A stretch of 64,000 bases of DNA from Leptospiraceae bacterium (GTDB lineage: Bacteria > Spirochaetota > Leptospiria > Leptospirales > Leptonemataceae). The DNA is taken from contig JAVJNR010000004.1 of assembly GCA_040217195.1 (NCBI GenBank), forward strand, positions 416,001-480,000, written 5' to 3'. Below are positions 1-9,613 of the stretch, piece after piece. The translations under genes and the position numbers were made by a program. Within the stretch, counting starts at the first letter, position 1; every line of letters starts with the position of its first letter. The notes under the pieces are model-generated. The model worked only from the letters and a program-made list of their open reading frames with translations. It was not told the DNA's origin and searched no databases.

Positions 1-282
1 TGGTTCGAACGTAGCATGCACAGCCATGATTACGATGAGATCCGGGGGGCTGTGGATGGAGTCATTACTTTCCATTTTGAGGATGGCCCGGTAACTATCG
101 AAGCCGGGGACATACTTCTGGTCCCGGCAGGGATACCCCATGAAGTGCGCTCCCATAATCCCCGGCCCTTTACTGCTTATAAAGGTTCCAGGGATGGTAA
201 TCGCAGCGTTACCGAACATGGAAACGCTGAAGGCAGTGTGGAGCAGCTGAAAAGTACTGGCCAGTATCAGGGGAATGCCTGA
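1..282 (+). CDS. Cupin-domain protein, probably truncated by the left edge of the window
   Basis: Frame is open from base 1 (WFERSMHSH...). Cupin motifs HSHxxxE and GDILLVPAGIPH. Confidence 0.75.
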   Translation, partial: WFERSMHSHDYDEIRGAVDGVITFHFEDGPVTIEAGDILLVPAGIPHEVRSHNPRPFTAYKGSRDGNRSVTEHGNAEGSVEQLKSTGQYQGNA

Positions 283-1018
283 GACACCGGTAAGTAAGGA
301 ATTTTCAGGTCTGGTTTTTCTGGATCTGGATGGAACGATTGAGGATAGCCGGCTAGACATGGCCGGCTCCGCCAATGCAGTTCGCAGAAAATTATCCCTT
401 CCAGAAATCGATCCGGTCTCTCTCTATCCTTTCGTAATGAAAGGGATGGACTACCTGTATAGACAGTGCATACCCGAAGCCCTGGAGCAGCCGGATCTCA
501 TCCCGGGACTTGGACCGAATGCAGACGAATCCTCGGTCCTTCTATCTCTGGCAAGGCTGTATCATCAAGAGTACAGCCAATGCATTGTAGATAATACTAA
601 ATGCTATCCCGGAATGGACATAGCTTTGATGGAGCTATCCAGACAATGTATTCTGGGTCTGTACACGAACAAGCCTGAAAGACTTTCTAGATTGTTGCTG
701 GAGAAGCTGGGAATTCTGCAACATTTTACGGTGATCTATGGAGGCGATACGTTGCCAGAAAGCAAGCCTTCGGCACTACCGCTGAATACAGGAATGTCTG
801 AAATCTCCGCAAAGTACAGCCTTTCTGCGGAAAAGATCCGCAGCCGTTGCTTTATGGTTGGGGATTCCGGCGGAGACATTAAGGCAGCAGCGGAAGCGAA
901 AATTTCATCTATCTGGGCGGCCTACGGCTACTACTCGGAGGAGCCTGCTGAAAAACCGGATTATGTTGCGGGTCAACCGTCCGATCTACCAGAATTAATC
1001 TTCAACCTCTTGAAATAA
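275..1018 (+). CDS. HAD-superfamily hydrolase, phosphoglycolate-phosphatase-like
   Basis: Motif I DLDGT, motif II TNK, KP, motif IV MVGDSxxD. Confidence 0.85.
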   Translation: MPETPVSKEFSGLVFLDLDGTIEDSRLDMAGSANAVRRKLSLPEIDPVSLYPFVMKGMDYLYRQCIPEALEQPDLIPGLGPNADESSVLLSLARLYHQEYSQCIVDNTKCYPGMDIALMELSRQCILGLYTNKPERLSRLLLEKLGILQHFTVIYGGDTLPESKPSALPLNTGMSEISAKYSLSAEKIRSRCFMVGDSGGDIKAAAEAKISSIWAAYGYYSEEPAEKPDYVAGQPSDLPELIFNLLK

Positions 1019-1102
1019 CCTGAGTATACACTGTCCGTTTGCAACGGCAGGATGGATGTGATTTTGGATTGAAAGTTGTTTCGTCCCGAATAGATTCGGG
1101 CT

Positions 1103-1453
1103 GTGGATTCCTCCGACCGAAGAAGTGAACGCAGAGCTCCTAAAGATCTGGCACAATTTACCGTAGAACTGAACGAAAATGTATCTGGTTACCTTCAGAA
1201 CATTTCCGAGCACGGTCTTTGCGCGGTATTGCCAGTGGATCAACCGGCGCTACAGGCCAGGCAGGCGGTGACCGGTCGAGTTCAGGCTCAGGGTATGCGC
1301 CTGGATTTCACTTTTGAGGGAAAGACAGTCTGGTTTTCCATCCGAAAGATCGAACAAACTCCATATGTCTTTGCAGGCATCGAGTTTAACGTTCCCATGG
1401 AAATCCCTGAAAGCCTGATCTCTTTGAGCCTGGCCCGGGAATCCGGCGACTGA
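1103..1453 (+). CDS. Single-domain PilZ protein (c-di-GMP receptor)
   Basis: RRSERR (RxxxR) and NISEHG ([D/N]xSxxG) motifs, C-terminal GIEF. GTG start. Confidence 0.8.
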   Translation: MDSSDRRSERRAPKDLAQFTVELNENVSGYLQNISEHGLCAVLPVDQPALQARQAVTGRVQAQGMRLDFTFEGKTVWFSIRKIEQTPYVFAGIEFNVPMEIPESLISLSLARESGD

Positions 1454-1698
1454 GATAAATCTGCTGCCCCCCTGGAGCCCGGGTTTCCATGTCCTCTATT
1501 ACTTGCCGCTCCTTTATCTCTACTGAATCGGGGATTTCTTCGCCACTCGTATCTCTAACATTGCCTTTCTATTCCTTTGATTTTCCAGGCATTGAAATGA
1601 GTCGGTGCCTATTTCGTAAGACACATTCGGCTTAATCCAGACAGCTACTGTGCGAACATTGGAAGTTCCAGCATTCGTGTCTTCTAACCCGGGGAAGG

Positions 1699-1902
1699 CT
1701 AGTTCAGAGTCTTGATCTCGTAGCCCTGCTCTTCGATGGCAGACTGAATCGCATCCCTCTGAGATTCTTCTGCATTATCGATTTGTACCAAGCCCGAGTC
1801 GAGACTAACATTCACCCTGGCATTGGAGTGAACGGAATGTACAGCCTCAGTGACACTTTTTACACAATGCTGACAGCTCATTCCTTCTACTTGAATATCC
1901 AT
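1699..1902 (-). CDS. copZ: Heavy-metal-associated (HMA) copper chaperone, CopZ-like
   Basis: 67 aa with GMSCQHC metal-binding motif and C-terminal GY. Confidence 0.85.
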   Translation of the reverse strand: MDIQVEGMSCQHCVKSVTEAVHSVHSNARVNVSLDSGLVQIDNAEESQRDAIQSAIEEQGYEIKTLN

Positions 1903-1908
1903 ACAGTT

Positions 1909-1937
1909 AATCTCTGAAATCCAGCCTCATTCGTCAA
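1909..1937 (-). promoter_or_regulatory. Putative sigma70 promoter of copZ, possibly giving a leaderless mRNA
   Basis: Minus strand reads TTGACG-17 bp-GAGATT, then 6 nt, then ATG. No SD present. Confidence 0.4.
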
Positions 1938-1944
1938 TTCCAGA

Positions 1945-1961
1945 AACCCCCGCCGGGTATA
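1945..1961 (-). promoter_or_regulatory. CsoR-type operator upstream of copZ
   Basis: Minus strand TATACCCGGCGGGGGTT matches the TACCC-N-GGGGGTA C/G-tract architecture of CsoR operators. Confidence 0.6.
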
Positions 1962-2056
1962 TTGGAATTTCCAGGGATCAGGAAGTTGCGGTGCGAACCT
2001 CCGGGATAGAATGCTAATTCAGGGATAGAAACCAAATCTCCGGCAGAGACTGAGAA

Positions 2057-2098
2057 TTCTCAGTTCTCAGTTCTCAGATTTCAGATTTCAGATTTCAG
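2057..2098. repeat. Compound heptamer tandem repeat (TTCTCAG)3(ATTTCAG)3
   Basis: Read directly. Preceded by an inverted copy CTGAGAA at 2050-2056. Confidence 0.9.
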
Positions 2099-2190
2099 AC
2101 AGAGAATCTATTATCCGCAATCGGATTATCGGGCAGAAGATAGGACCTAAAAAGGCATGACTGCAAAACCGCGGCAGGCCCGCATCCAGA

Positions 2191-2559
2191 TTATAGACTG
2201 GAGTAAATGTATGCCAGTTCCGTGAGAATGAGAATGTTCTTCGCCAGATGCATTCCCTCGGAGAGTCGAGAATCACGGTCCGGTTCTTCCCAGAAGCGAT
2301 GCACCAGAACGGAGGCCAGGACCAGAAATACAGCCAGTCCGGCAATGCCCCATTGCATCCATTGACGAGTAGCCAGGCTTATGCCCCCCATCAGCAATAC
2401 GATTGCACTTATCCGAACCATAAAGGCTGGATGAATCAATCCTCTCTTCGCAGCATACTTCTTGTACACATGAGTATTGATCAGATGGTTCAGCCCGTTC
2501 AGAATAAAAAACACTCCTAGAACTAACAATAATATGTCTTGCATAGAAATATCTGGCAT
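2191..2559 (-). CDS. DoxX-family membrane protein
   Basis: Hydrophobic helices with FFILNGLNH, HRFW and LAKN motifs. Start probably ATG 2559 or 2544 rather than the track's 2643. Confidence 0.75.
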   Translation of the reverse strand: MPDISMQDILLLVLGVFFILNGLNHLINTHVYKKYAAKRGLIHPAFMVRISAIVLLMGGISLATRQWMQWGIAGLAVFLVLASVLVHRFWEEPDRDSRLSEGMHLAKNILILTELAYIYSSL

Positions 2560-2688
2560 TACAGGAAACCTACTATTGAAAACTGACTGAATATCAAAAG
2601 GTAATCGATGGAGCCGGGCTAACCGGCGAGAAAAGAACTCCACAGGCCATGCTGGCCTGCAGAGTTACAACACAGATATGATTTACAA

Positions 2689-3534
2689 TTAACCTTCTGC
2701 AGCTCGTCTGGCGGCTACTTCCGTAACCAGTCTTGCTCCCAGAAAAGTCCATACTGGCAATAGGTCGGCCCCGGTGGCTACTGCGCCGGTGGCAGAATCT
2801 GCAACGTTAGCGGCTGCAGGCAGATAGGATTTCACTTTGTCTGCGATGGTACCTGCATGATCCTTGGCTACGCCGATGTAAGAATCCAGAGGCCCTGCAA
2901 GCGAATTGAGCATTTCTGTCGCCTGTGCGGCTCCACCTCCAGCCAATGATCCAAATTTATCTGTAATTCCGCTATTGGAATTCATGAGCTTCTGGATCAG
3001 TCCGGCTCCGCCTTCTACAGCATTGTCCAGAAAAGGTAGCGCTACTTCAATACTTGCAAAATAGATGGCCATTTCTTTGCCTGCATCCAGTTCTTTGAAC
3101 TGGCTCACCTTTTCGGAAACACCACCAGGAATGAGTTTGTACACTGCATAGGCTATGGCCAGAGCCTTTACCCCTGCATCCAGGGCCTGCTGAGGATCGG
3201 ATTCAAAAGTGCGTTTCTTGGCACCACCACCTCCTCCGAACAGACTGAGTACATTCTTAATACCTGCATAACCGGCAATGACCTTATCGCTGGTATCGAT
3301 GTAGCCCATAACCTTAAGCGCATCCTGCATCTCTTCAGACTCGGCCAGAGCGCGGGCCTTTTCAATCACCTCAGGACTGGCATCGGGAACGTAGGCTTTG
3401 ACTCCATCCTCAAAGTTATTGTAGAACTTGAACCCCGGGGACCCCGGTACAATCTTATCGAGACTGGACAGCAACTTGACTGTAAAGTCGTCCTGGCTGT
3501 AATCGGAAAGCATTTCATTGGCTTTTTGTGACAT
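2689..3534 (-). CDS. Hypothetical protein, 281 aa, Ala/Gly-rich, helical
   Basis: Strong SD (AGGAGG) before ATG and natural composition. No motif recognised. Confidence 0.7.
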   Translation of the reverse strand: MSQKANEMLSDYSQDDFTVKLLSSLDKIVPGSPGFKFYNNFEDGVKAYVPDASPEVIEKARALAESEEMQDALKVMGYIDTSDKVIAGYAGIKNVLSLFGGGGGAKKRTFESDPQQALDAGVKALAIAYAVYKLIPGGVSEKVSQFKELDAGKEMAIYFASIEVALPFLDNAVEGGAGLIQKLMNSNSGITDKFGSLAGGGAAQATEMLNSLAGPLDSYIGVAKDHAGTIADKVKSYLPAAANVADSATGAVATGADLLPVWTFLGARLVTEVAARRAAEG

Positions 3535-3685
3535 TTAATCCTCCTGTAATCGTCCTGCTAAGCGGCGCTTTGGCCTGACACTGAAACCGATAGTATCTAC
3601 ACTTGCTCGAAAGAATTTCAATCCTTTTTCGTTGCAGACAGATTTGATCCAGACGGTAGAATGAACCATCCAGACCTGAGACACT

Positions 3686-4015
3686 GTGGGGGATTACATG
3701 GAGGCCAACTTTGAAGGATTCACAGAGGAGCAGAAAGAAGAATATAAGCGAAGTGCTCGATTGGTTCATGGAGCATTCGATACAGTAGAGCCTATTAGCG
3801 GTGGGTTTCGCCTGATTCTGGATACTTCGAAAAATAGAATCACCACCAATGACATCGGCAGTTTTGTCCGGCTGGAGCAAAAGGCCTGTCCATTCCTGAC
3901 TTTGAGCTACATTGTATCCAGAGAAAATCCATTAATCGTTCATCTGGATATGGTAGAGTCCCCTCAGGCATCCGGATTTCTTGAGGCACAACTTCGGTCC
4001 TACGGGTACATTTAG
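3686..4015 (+). CDS. Hypothetical protein with an E-x3-CPF motif
   Basis: Fills the gap divergently from 3534. Start may be ATG 3698. Confidence 0.55.
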   Translation: MGDYMEANFEGFTEEQKEEYKRSARLVHGAFDTVEPISGGFRLILDTSKNRITTNDIGSFVRLEQKACPFLTLSYIVSRENPLIVHLDMVESPQASGFLEAQLRSYGYI

Positions 4016-4096
4016 AATCAATCACAGCCCCAAAGGTAGCCGCATGCATATCAGGCGGAACTGTCTGAAGGATGTGCCCGAAAACGTCCCGGTAGA

Positions 4097-5494
4097 TTAA
4101 ATTCGCCTGGCCGAGAACTCCTCTCTGTAGACCTTGCTGGCAAAATAGATAATGGCTCCTATGTCGACAGCAGCAATTGCACGAAGCGCATTTTCCCAGT
4201 CATGATAGGCGCTGGTCACAATAATAATAACGCTCACGATTAGAAAAAGCAAAGGCGTATAGGGAAAATAGGGAACTCTATAGGGAGCGTCCGGCGCATT
4301 CTTTCTAAGTTTCCATAATCCCAGAACGGTGAGAAAAGGAAAAATAGATAAGCTGAATCCCATGTAGGTCATTACATCGTAATAGCTGTCTGAGAGTATG
4401 TAAGCCACAGATAAAAGTCCCTGCAATATGATGGAATATAGAGGAGTCTCAAATTTTGGATGAACACTTCCGGCGAAGCGAAAGAACAATCCGTCTCTGG
4501 CCATGGCATAATAAACTCTAGGTCCTATCATTACCTGGGCAGACAGAGTAGACAATAGAATCAAACAAAAGCATACGTTAAAAAATACGGCAATACCCGT
4601 TCCAAAGAGTTCCGTGGAAATGATAGCAGCAACGGTCGTTTTTCCTGAGAACGTGCTGGCAGGTGAGGCCAGAAAGTACATCAAATTGATCAGTACATAC
4701 AGCAATGCGGTTAATAAGGTTCCCCACATCATGGCCTTCGGGACATTTTTCTCAGGATTTTCGATCTCTCCGGCAAGGTACGATGCGCCGTTCCATCCGC
4801 TATAAGCGAAAAGAACCCAGAGCAAACCAATGCCCACTCCGCCCCATTGAATTCCATTCGAGCGAAATGGATCATGCACCGGTCCATCCGCCATAAACAC
4901 TGCAGTAAGACCGCCCACAAGAAATAGGATCACAATAATGAGCTTCATTAAGGTCAGTGCATTCTGAATCCACCCACCTTTCTTGACGCCCACTCCATGA
5001 AACAGGCTGAACAAAACAATTAAAGCAATGGCATAGATCTGCTGAACAGAAACACCCAGATCCCACCCAAAAATGTCAACGGACCATCGGACTCCTACAA
5101 ACATTGCCGTTATGGCAGCATCCGGAGCTGCAGCTTTGAGCAAGGATGTTAGATAGTCAGCAGAAAGAAAAGCAGCGATGGCAGCCGGCGCCGAGAAACC
5201 GGCAATAAGCGAAACCCAGCCTGATAGAAATCCCCAGAGAGGGCCGAAGGTCTTTCGAAGATAAACATACTCTCCGCCAGCCTCGGGCATGCGAGCCGCC
5301 AGCTCGGAATAGGTGAGCGCTCCTGCGATGGCCACCAGGCCATAAAAGAACCACAGGAAGAGCACCATCAATGGATCTCCCACAAACTCCTGAACCTTAC
5401 CGGTGTTTCCAAAAATACCGGAGCCAATCATACTGGCAAAGACAGCGAAGGTCGCTGTCCAGATTCCTAGCTTTCTTTTGAGGGAGTCAGACAT
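4097..5494 (-). CDS. APC-family amino acid permease
   Basis: About 12 TM segments with IGSGIF, GGEY, FAYSGW, GEIENP and MARDG motifs. Start taken as ATG 5494 (MSDSLKRK). Confidence 0.9.
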   Translation of the reverse strand: MSDSLKRKLGIWTATFAVFASMIGSGIFGNTGKVQEFVGDPLMVLFLWFFYGLVAIAGALTYSELAARMPEAGGEYVYLRKTFGPLWGFLSGWVSLIAGFSAPAAIAAFLSADYLTSLLKAAAPDAAITAMFVGVRWSVDIFGWDLGVSVQQIYAIALIVLFSLFHGVGVKKGGWIQNALTLMKLIIVILFLVGGLTAVFMADGPVHDPFRSNGIQWGGVGIGLLWVLFAYSGWNGASYLAGEIENPEKNVPKAMMWGTLLTALLYVLINLMYFLASPASTFSGKTTVAAIISTELFGTGIAVFFNVCFCLILLSTLSAQVMIGPRVYYAMARDGLFFRFAGSVHPKFETPLYSIILQGLLSVAYILSDSYYDVMTYMGFSLSIFPFLTVLGLWKLRKNAPDAPYRVPYFPYTPLLFLIVSVIIIVTSAYHDWENALRAIAAVDIGAIIYFASKVYREEFSARRI

Positions 5495-5758
5495 TGTTCT
5501 GGATGTTTGGCTGCCCTGCGGGGGGCAATCGATTTTTGATAAGGGACGACCTTGACGGACCACTCAGACCAGGCTGAATCTAAATGAACATCTGCTACCG
5601 CCGGGCTGTTCTTTGGCTGGATTTCGGCTCCTGCTGAGGTTTGCTTTTGCGCAACGATAGTTGCATTTGAGCTGCGGTTTAGAATTGCCCCAGGGGAATG
5701 CCAATTGCCGGGTGTAGCAATCCAATTTGCTTGAACGTATTGGCAGTTGCGCTGTGTT

Positions 5759-6727
5759 TCAATCGTTCAAGGCCGATTGTAACATCTCATCAACTATGCC
5801 TTCCAGGTCATGACTGGAAGACCAGCCCAGAATTTCTCGGATCTTTGAAGGATCCCCGATTCTGGGAAACCTTTCAGCAGGACGGACAAATTCCTCATCC
5901 ACAACCAACCAATCATCCAGATTGAGATCTAATTTCTGGAATACCAATTGGGCGAAATCTCGAACGGTATGGCCGTGCCCCGTAGCAATGACAAAGTCCA
6001 TTGGAGCATCGCTTTGAAGCATCATCCACATGGCCCGAGCATAATCACCAGCAAAACCCCAGTCCCTCACAGCATCCATGCTTCCCAGGCGAAGCTCTGT
6101 GGCCTCGCCCCGCTTGATTCCGATGGCTGTCTTGACAATTTTCTGAGTAACGAATCGATCGCCCCGGCGGCTGGACTCATGATTGAAAAGTATGGCACTG
6201 CAGGCGAAGTAGCCTGCATTCCTGTACACACCCACCAGATGATGGCAGGCTGCTTTTGTAACTCCATAGATGGTGGTGGGGCAAATAGGGCTGGATTCGG
6301 ATTGTGGACTGTGGTCCGGATTTCCAAAGATTTCTGCAGATCCGGCAAAACAAAATCTGCTCTCGGGCAGACTTTCCCTGGTTAGTGACAGAAGATTGTG
6401 AGTAGCTTCCAGGTTGGTTCGCAGTACTTCTTTTTCCTGACCGGGGTCCGTCAGTACAAAGCTAAACGCTGCCAGGTGATAGATTTCCCGCGGGGCTATT
6501 TCGGAAAGCAATTGGCGCACACCGGAATCATCGAGCAGCGAAGTATTCCAGCGGTGGTCTGCCGCCACTTCTACCATGCGATCTTCAACTCCCGGACGAT
6601 CCAGGCCATGAACTTCATACCCTTTGCTCTTGAGCAATCTTGCCAGGAAGAAACCGTCCTGGCCTCCGGCTCCCGTAATTAGCGCTCTGGCCATGAGCCC
6701 AGGAAAACCCATACGGGTCAGACGCAC
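5759..6727 (-). CDS. gmd: GDP-mannose 4,6-dehydratase-like extended SDR
   Basis: ALITGAGGQDG, YGVTK (YxxxK), ILFNHES, FVTQKI and RDWG motifs. Confidence 0.85.
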   Translation of the reverse strand: MRLTRMGFPGLMARALITGAGGQDGFFLARLLKSKGYEVHGLDRPGVEDRMVEVAADHRWNTSLLDDSGVRQLLSEIAPREIYHLAAFSFVLTDPGQEKEVLRTNLEATHNLLSLTRESLPESRFCFAGSAEIFGNPDHSPQSESSPICPTTIYGVTKAACHHLVGVYRNAGYFACSAILFNHESSRRGDRFVTQKIVKTAIGIKRGEATELRLGSMDAVRDWGFAGDYARAMWMMLQSDAPMDFVIATGHGHTVRDFAQLVFQKLDLNLDDWLVVDEEFVRPAERFPRIGDPSKIREILGWSSSHDLEGIVDEMLQSALND

Positions 6728-6860
6728 AACCGAAGATTCTAGCCGGTCTGACTTAAAGAGCTATTGATTTCCAGGAAACCTTCATCTGGAATCCGAGGCT
6801 CACCTTGCCTCTGAAGATCCGAACTGATTCCTTATACAAAATAAATACAATCATCGCTTT

Positions 6861-8510
6861 ATGCTTCACCTCCACCGGACCTTTATAAGTGCATTCGAAG
6901 AGAATAGAATACTGAATTGTATTGAACCAGATCCGATGCAAATAAATGGCCGGTACGCACCGGCAAGATTTGAACTACTTAGACACCGGAGCAATGCCAC
7001 GACCGTCAAAGAACAGGTTTCCCTGGCAGCGTCGGAGCCGAGGAAACCTGTTGTAAGCAGGCCGATCGATCAGAACCTGGATGCATTCGTGCATACTGAA
7101 CAAGGATCCAACCCCTATCTTGTACTCCTGGCTGTTGCTTCCGGACTGTTCATGGTAGTAATCGATGTTACCATTTTGAACATTGCTCTTCCCAGCATCA
7201 GTCGCGACATGGGTGCCTCCATGGCAGAAGTGGAATGGAGCGTCATTGCCTATACGCTCACTCTTACAGGACTGGTTCCTATCTTCGGCCGGATCTCGGA
7301 TATAATTGGCCGCAAGAAGCTGTTTCTGTCCGGTGTATCGATTTTTGCTCTGGCCAGTTTGTTTTGCGCAGAGTCCAGCGCCATGGAAGGATTGATTCTT
7401 GGCCGGGTTTTGCAAGCGCTGGGAGGGGCCATGATCACCTCCAATACCCTGGCCATAATAGCCGATACATTTCCAGAAGGCAAGCGCGGCCTTGCCATGG
7501 GGCTTCAGGCAATCCTGGTCAGTGGTGGTGCGGCCATTGGCCCCAGTCTGGGAGGCTTTCTGGTCACGAACTATGAATGGCATTCCGTTTTTCTGATTAA
7601 TGTTCCCATCGGCTTTCTTTCGGTCATCTTTGCGGCCTTTGTTCTACCGCCATTGAAAACCCATCGTCGCCAGGAGCCCGTGGACTGGGCCGGGGCTGCC
7701 ACAGTTCTGGGAGGTTCCGGTGCCTTGCTCATGGGGCTTACCCTGGGACCTCAAAAGGGCTGGCTGGACGATACCGTTCTGGTTTGTATTTTCTGCGGAC
7801 TTCTTCTGTATATTGTACTTTATAAGATGGAGCGAAGCCATCCTCATCCTCTTATAGACATGACTTTGTTTCGCATACGAGGTTTCGTATTTGGACAGAT
7901 TGCTGGAGTCTGCGCCACAATTTCCCTGGCTGCCATGACCTTTGTTTTTCCCTGGTACTGGCAGGGCCTTAGAGGACTGAGTGCTCAGGAAGCGGGCATA
8001 CTGATTCTTCCTCTTCCGTTAACTTTGATGATTCTCTCTCCAATTTCGGGCAAGCTTTCTGATCGATTCGGCCCCAGAGGAGTGGCCAGTGCAGGATTGA
8101 TTCTACTGATGCTGGGCGAATGGGCCATCTCAGGAATGGACCTGGATATGGCATACCTGGATGTAATCTGGCGAATCGTACTGTTTGGCGCAGGCCTGGG
8201 TCTTTTTCTGGCTCCCAACAACAATGCCATTATGTCCAGCGTATCGGCACATAGACGAGGCGTGGCCGCCGGATTGCTGGGATTATTTCGCTACACGGGC
8301 CAGAGCATGGGAGTGGCTTTCTCAGGCGTACTGTTTCACATCTTCTCCGGTCAGGCCAATTTCCCGGACGGCTCAGCTCTGAGCCCACAGGATGCTGAGT
8401 TATTTATGCAAGGAATGCAGGGTGTTGCAATGGCTATTCTTCCGCTGGGAGTTCTGGGCCTACTGTTTAGCTGGAGACGGGAACATCCTTCGCAGCTTAA
8501 AAAACAATAG
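6861..8510 (+). CDS. DHA2 (EmrB/QacA) MFS efflux transporter
   Basis: About 14 TM segments with DVTILNIALP, GRISDIIGRK, GPSLGG and FLINVPIG motifs. True start may lie downstream. Confidence 0.9.
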   Translation: MLHLHRTFISAFEENRILNCIEPDPMQINGRYAPARFELLRHRSNATTVKEQVSLAASEPRKPVVSRPIDQNLDAFVHTEQGSNPYLVLLAVASGLFMVVIDVTILNIALPSISRDMGASMAEVEWSVIAYTLTLTGLVPIFGRISDIIGRKKLFLSGVSIFALASLFCAESSAMEGLILGRVLQALGGAMITSNTLAIIADTFPEGKRGLAMGLQAILVSGGAAIGPSLGGFLVTNYEWHSVFLINVPIGFLSVIFAAFVLPPLKTHRRQEPVDWAGAATVLGGSGALLMGLTLGPQKGWLDDTVLVCIFCGLLLYIVLYKMERSHPHPLIDMTLFRIRGFVFGQIAGVCATISLAAMTFVFPWYWQGLRGLSAQEAGILILPLPLTLMILSPISGKLSDRFGPRGVASAGLILLMLGEWAISGMDLDMAYLDVIWRIVLFGAGLGLFLAPNNNAIMSSVSAHRRGVAAGLLGLFRYTGQSMGVAFSGVLFHIFSGQANFPDGSALSPQDAELFMQGMQGVAMAILPLGVLGLLFSWRREHPSQLKKQ

Positions 8511-8774
8511 GCCGGAACCCTGTGGCCAGGCTCTCAGGGAGTCGGCCCGCAGTTGCGATCTTTCGGGAATTATAAAACCCTGGGAATGGTTAATGAGCAC
8601 TCCCAGGTAGTATTACGAACCACTGTTGGAAATGCGGAGCTCTGTTTCCACATTGTACAAAAATCGTATTTCTTTGCTCCAGATGCTCAGTTCCGGGGCA
8701 ATTGTCCTAAGCTTCGGTCAAATCCTTCGGGGCTTCGAACCCAGCGTAATCGATAGGATATTCTAGAATACCCA

Positions 8775-8803
8775 TTGACAAGATCATAAAGACATTGCAG
8801 TTT
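8775..8803 (+). promoter_or_regulatory. Putative sigma70 promoter of the small-lipoprotein cluster
   Basis: TTGACA-17 bp-CAGTTT, followed by SD AGGAGG and a TTG start at 8832. Confidence 0.5.
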
Positions 8804-8831
8804 AACGGAAATCTTTCAAGGAGGCTGACCA

Positions 8832-9053
8832 TTGAAAAAGTTAGTATTAGCTGTAATCGCGATGATAGCAATCGCCGGCACGTCCCAATGTACGAGATAC
8901 ATTGTAACATCTGCCGCTCCGCATCAAAACGATGTGTACGTCACAATCACCAAAGCTCCGGCATTCGGAAATCTAGAAACCTACGTTGCTCGCTGCAAAG
9001 CGGATAATCAGGGCAATCTGAACTGTTCCCGAGTTGGGGTATCTATTAAATAA
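8832..9053 (+). CDS. Small lipoprotein 1 (73 aa)
   Basis: SD, MKK signal peptide, lipobox TSQC, C-terminal Cys pair. Confidence 0.75.
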   Translation: MKKLVLAVIAMIAIAGTSQCTRYIVTSAAPHQNDVYVTITKAPAFGNLETYVARCKADNQGNLNCSRVGVSIK

Positions 9054-9068
9054 GGAGGAGGAAATATA

Positions 9069-9329
9069 ATGAAAAAATTAATTCAAAAATCACTATTTCT
9101 CGTTCTTGCCACCGGAGTCTTCAGTATGGCTTCTTGCATTACAATCTACGGCAGCATCGAAAAAGAGCAAGGCGATAAGCTCTCTCTTTTCAAAGCAAGT
9201 TGCTCAGGCTATGGTTGTATCGACGGCCGGGAGCTCCTATGCGATGTAGAAGCAAACGGAAACCTGAGTTGTGTGGACCTGGCTCCGGCCTATACAAAGC
9301 ATAACACGGTCGGCCCGATCGGACATTGA
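9069..9329 (+). CDS. Small lipoprotein 2 (86 aa)
   Basis: SD AGGAGGAGG, MKK signal peptide, lipobox MASC, four further Cys. Confidence 0.8.
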   Translation: MKKLIQKSLFLVLATGVFSMASCITIYGSIEKEQGDKLSLFKASCSGYGCIDGRELLCDVEANGNLSCVDLAPAYTKHNTVGPIGH

Positions 9330-9348
9330 TTCCAGGAGGTATTGAACA

Positions 9349-9549
9349 ATGAAGAAACTACTGTATTCTACTATGGCCATATTTCTGTTAGCGGGCTTTG
9401 CTGCATGCTCCCATACAACGGAAGTGGTATCTACAAACGATGCTGTCTATCGTTTCAAAGCTGAAGGTGGCAACAGCACCAAAGTGGAGCGTTGCGAAGT
9501 TCAGGGGGCATCTGCACAATGCAAAAATGTGGAGATTTCCTTTGAATAA
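9349..9549 (+). CDS. Small lipoprotein 3 (66 aa)
   Basis: SD AGGAGG, MKK signal peptide, lipobox FAAC, C-terminal Cys pair. Confidence 0.8.
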   Translation: MKKLLYSTMAIFLLAGFAACSHTTEVVSTNDAVYRFKAEGGNSTKVERCEVQGASAQCKNVEISFE

Positions 9550-9556
9550 TCCTTTT

Positions 9557-9578
9557 GGGGGCTCATTCGAGCCCCTTT
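9557..9578 (+). terminator. Hairpin/terminator after the lipoprotein trio
   Basis: GGGGCTC-attc-GAGCCCC followed by TTT (short U tract). Confidence 0.55.
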
Positions 9579-9613
9579 CCTTCCAGGCCGTATCTGTCCG
9601 AATCCTGAATGGG

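Noticed and set aside
1471..1490. GGAGCCCGGG recurring after gene ends (also about 10064) as a REP-like element
   Set aside because: Only a 10-nt GC-rich match in two copies, not distinguishable from chance.
2057..2098. CRISPR array or iteron set (also 61889-61922)
   Set aside because: The units are 7-9 bp with no spacers, and no cas or rep gene is nearby.
9398..9613. N-terminal extension of ORF 9398-10051
   Set aside because: It overlaps lipoprotein 3 and the hairpin; the signal peptide begins near 9614.
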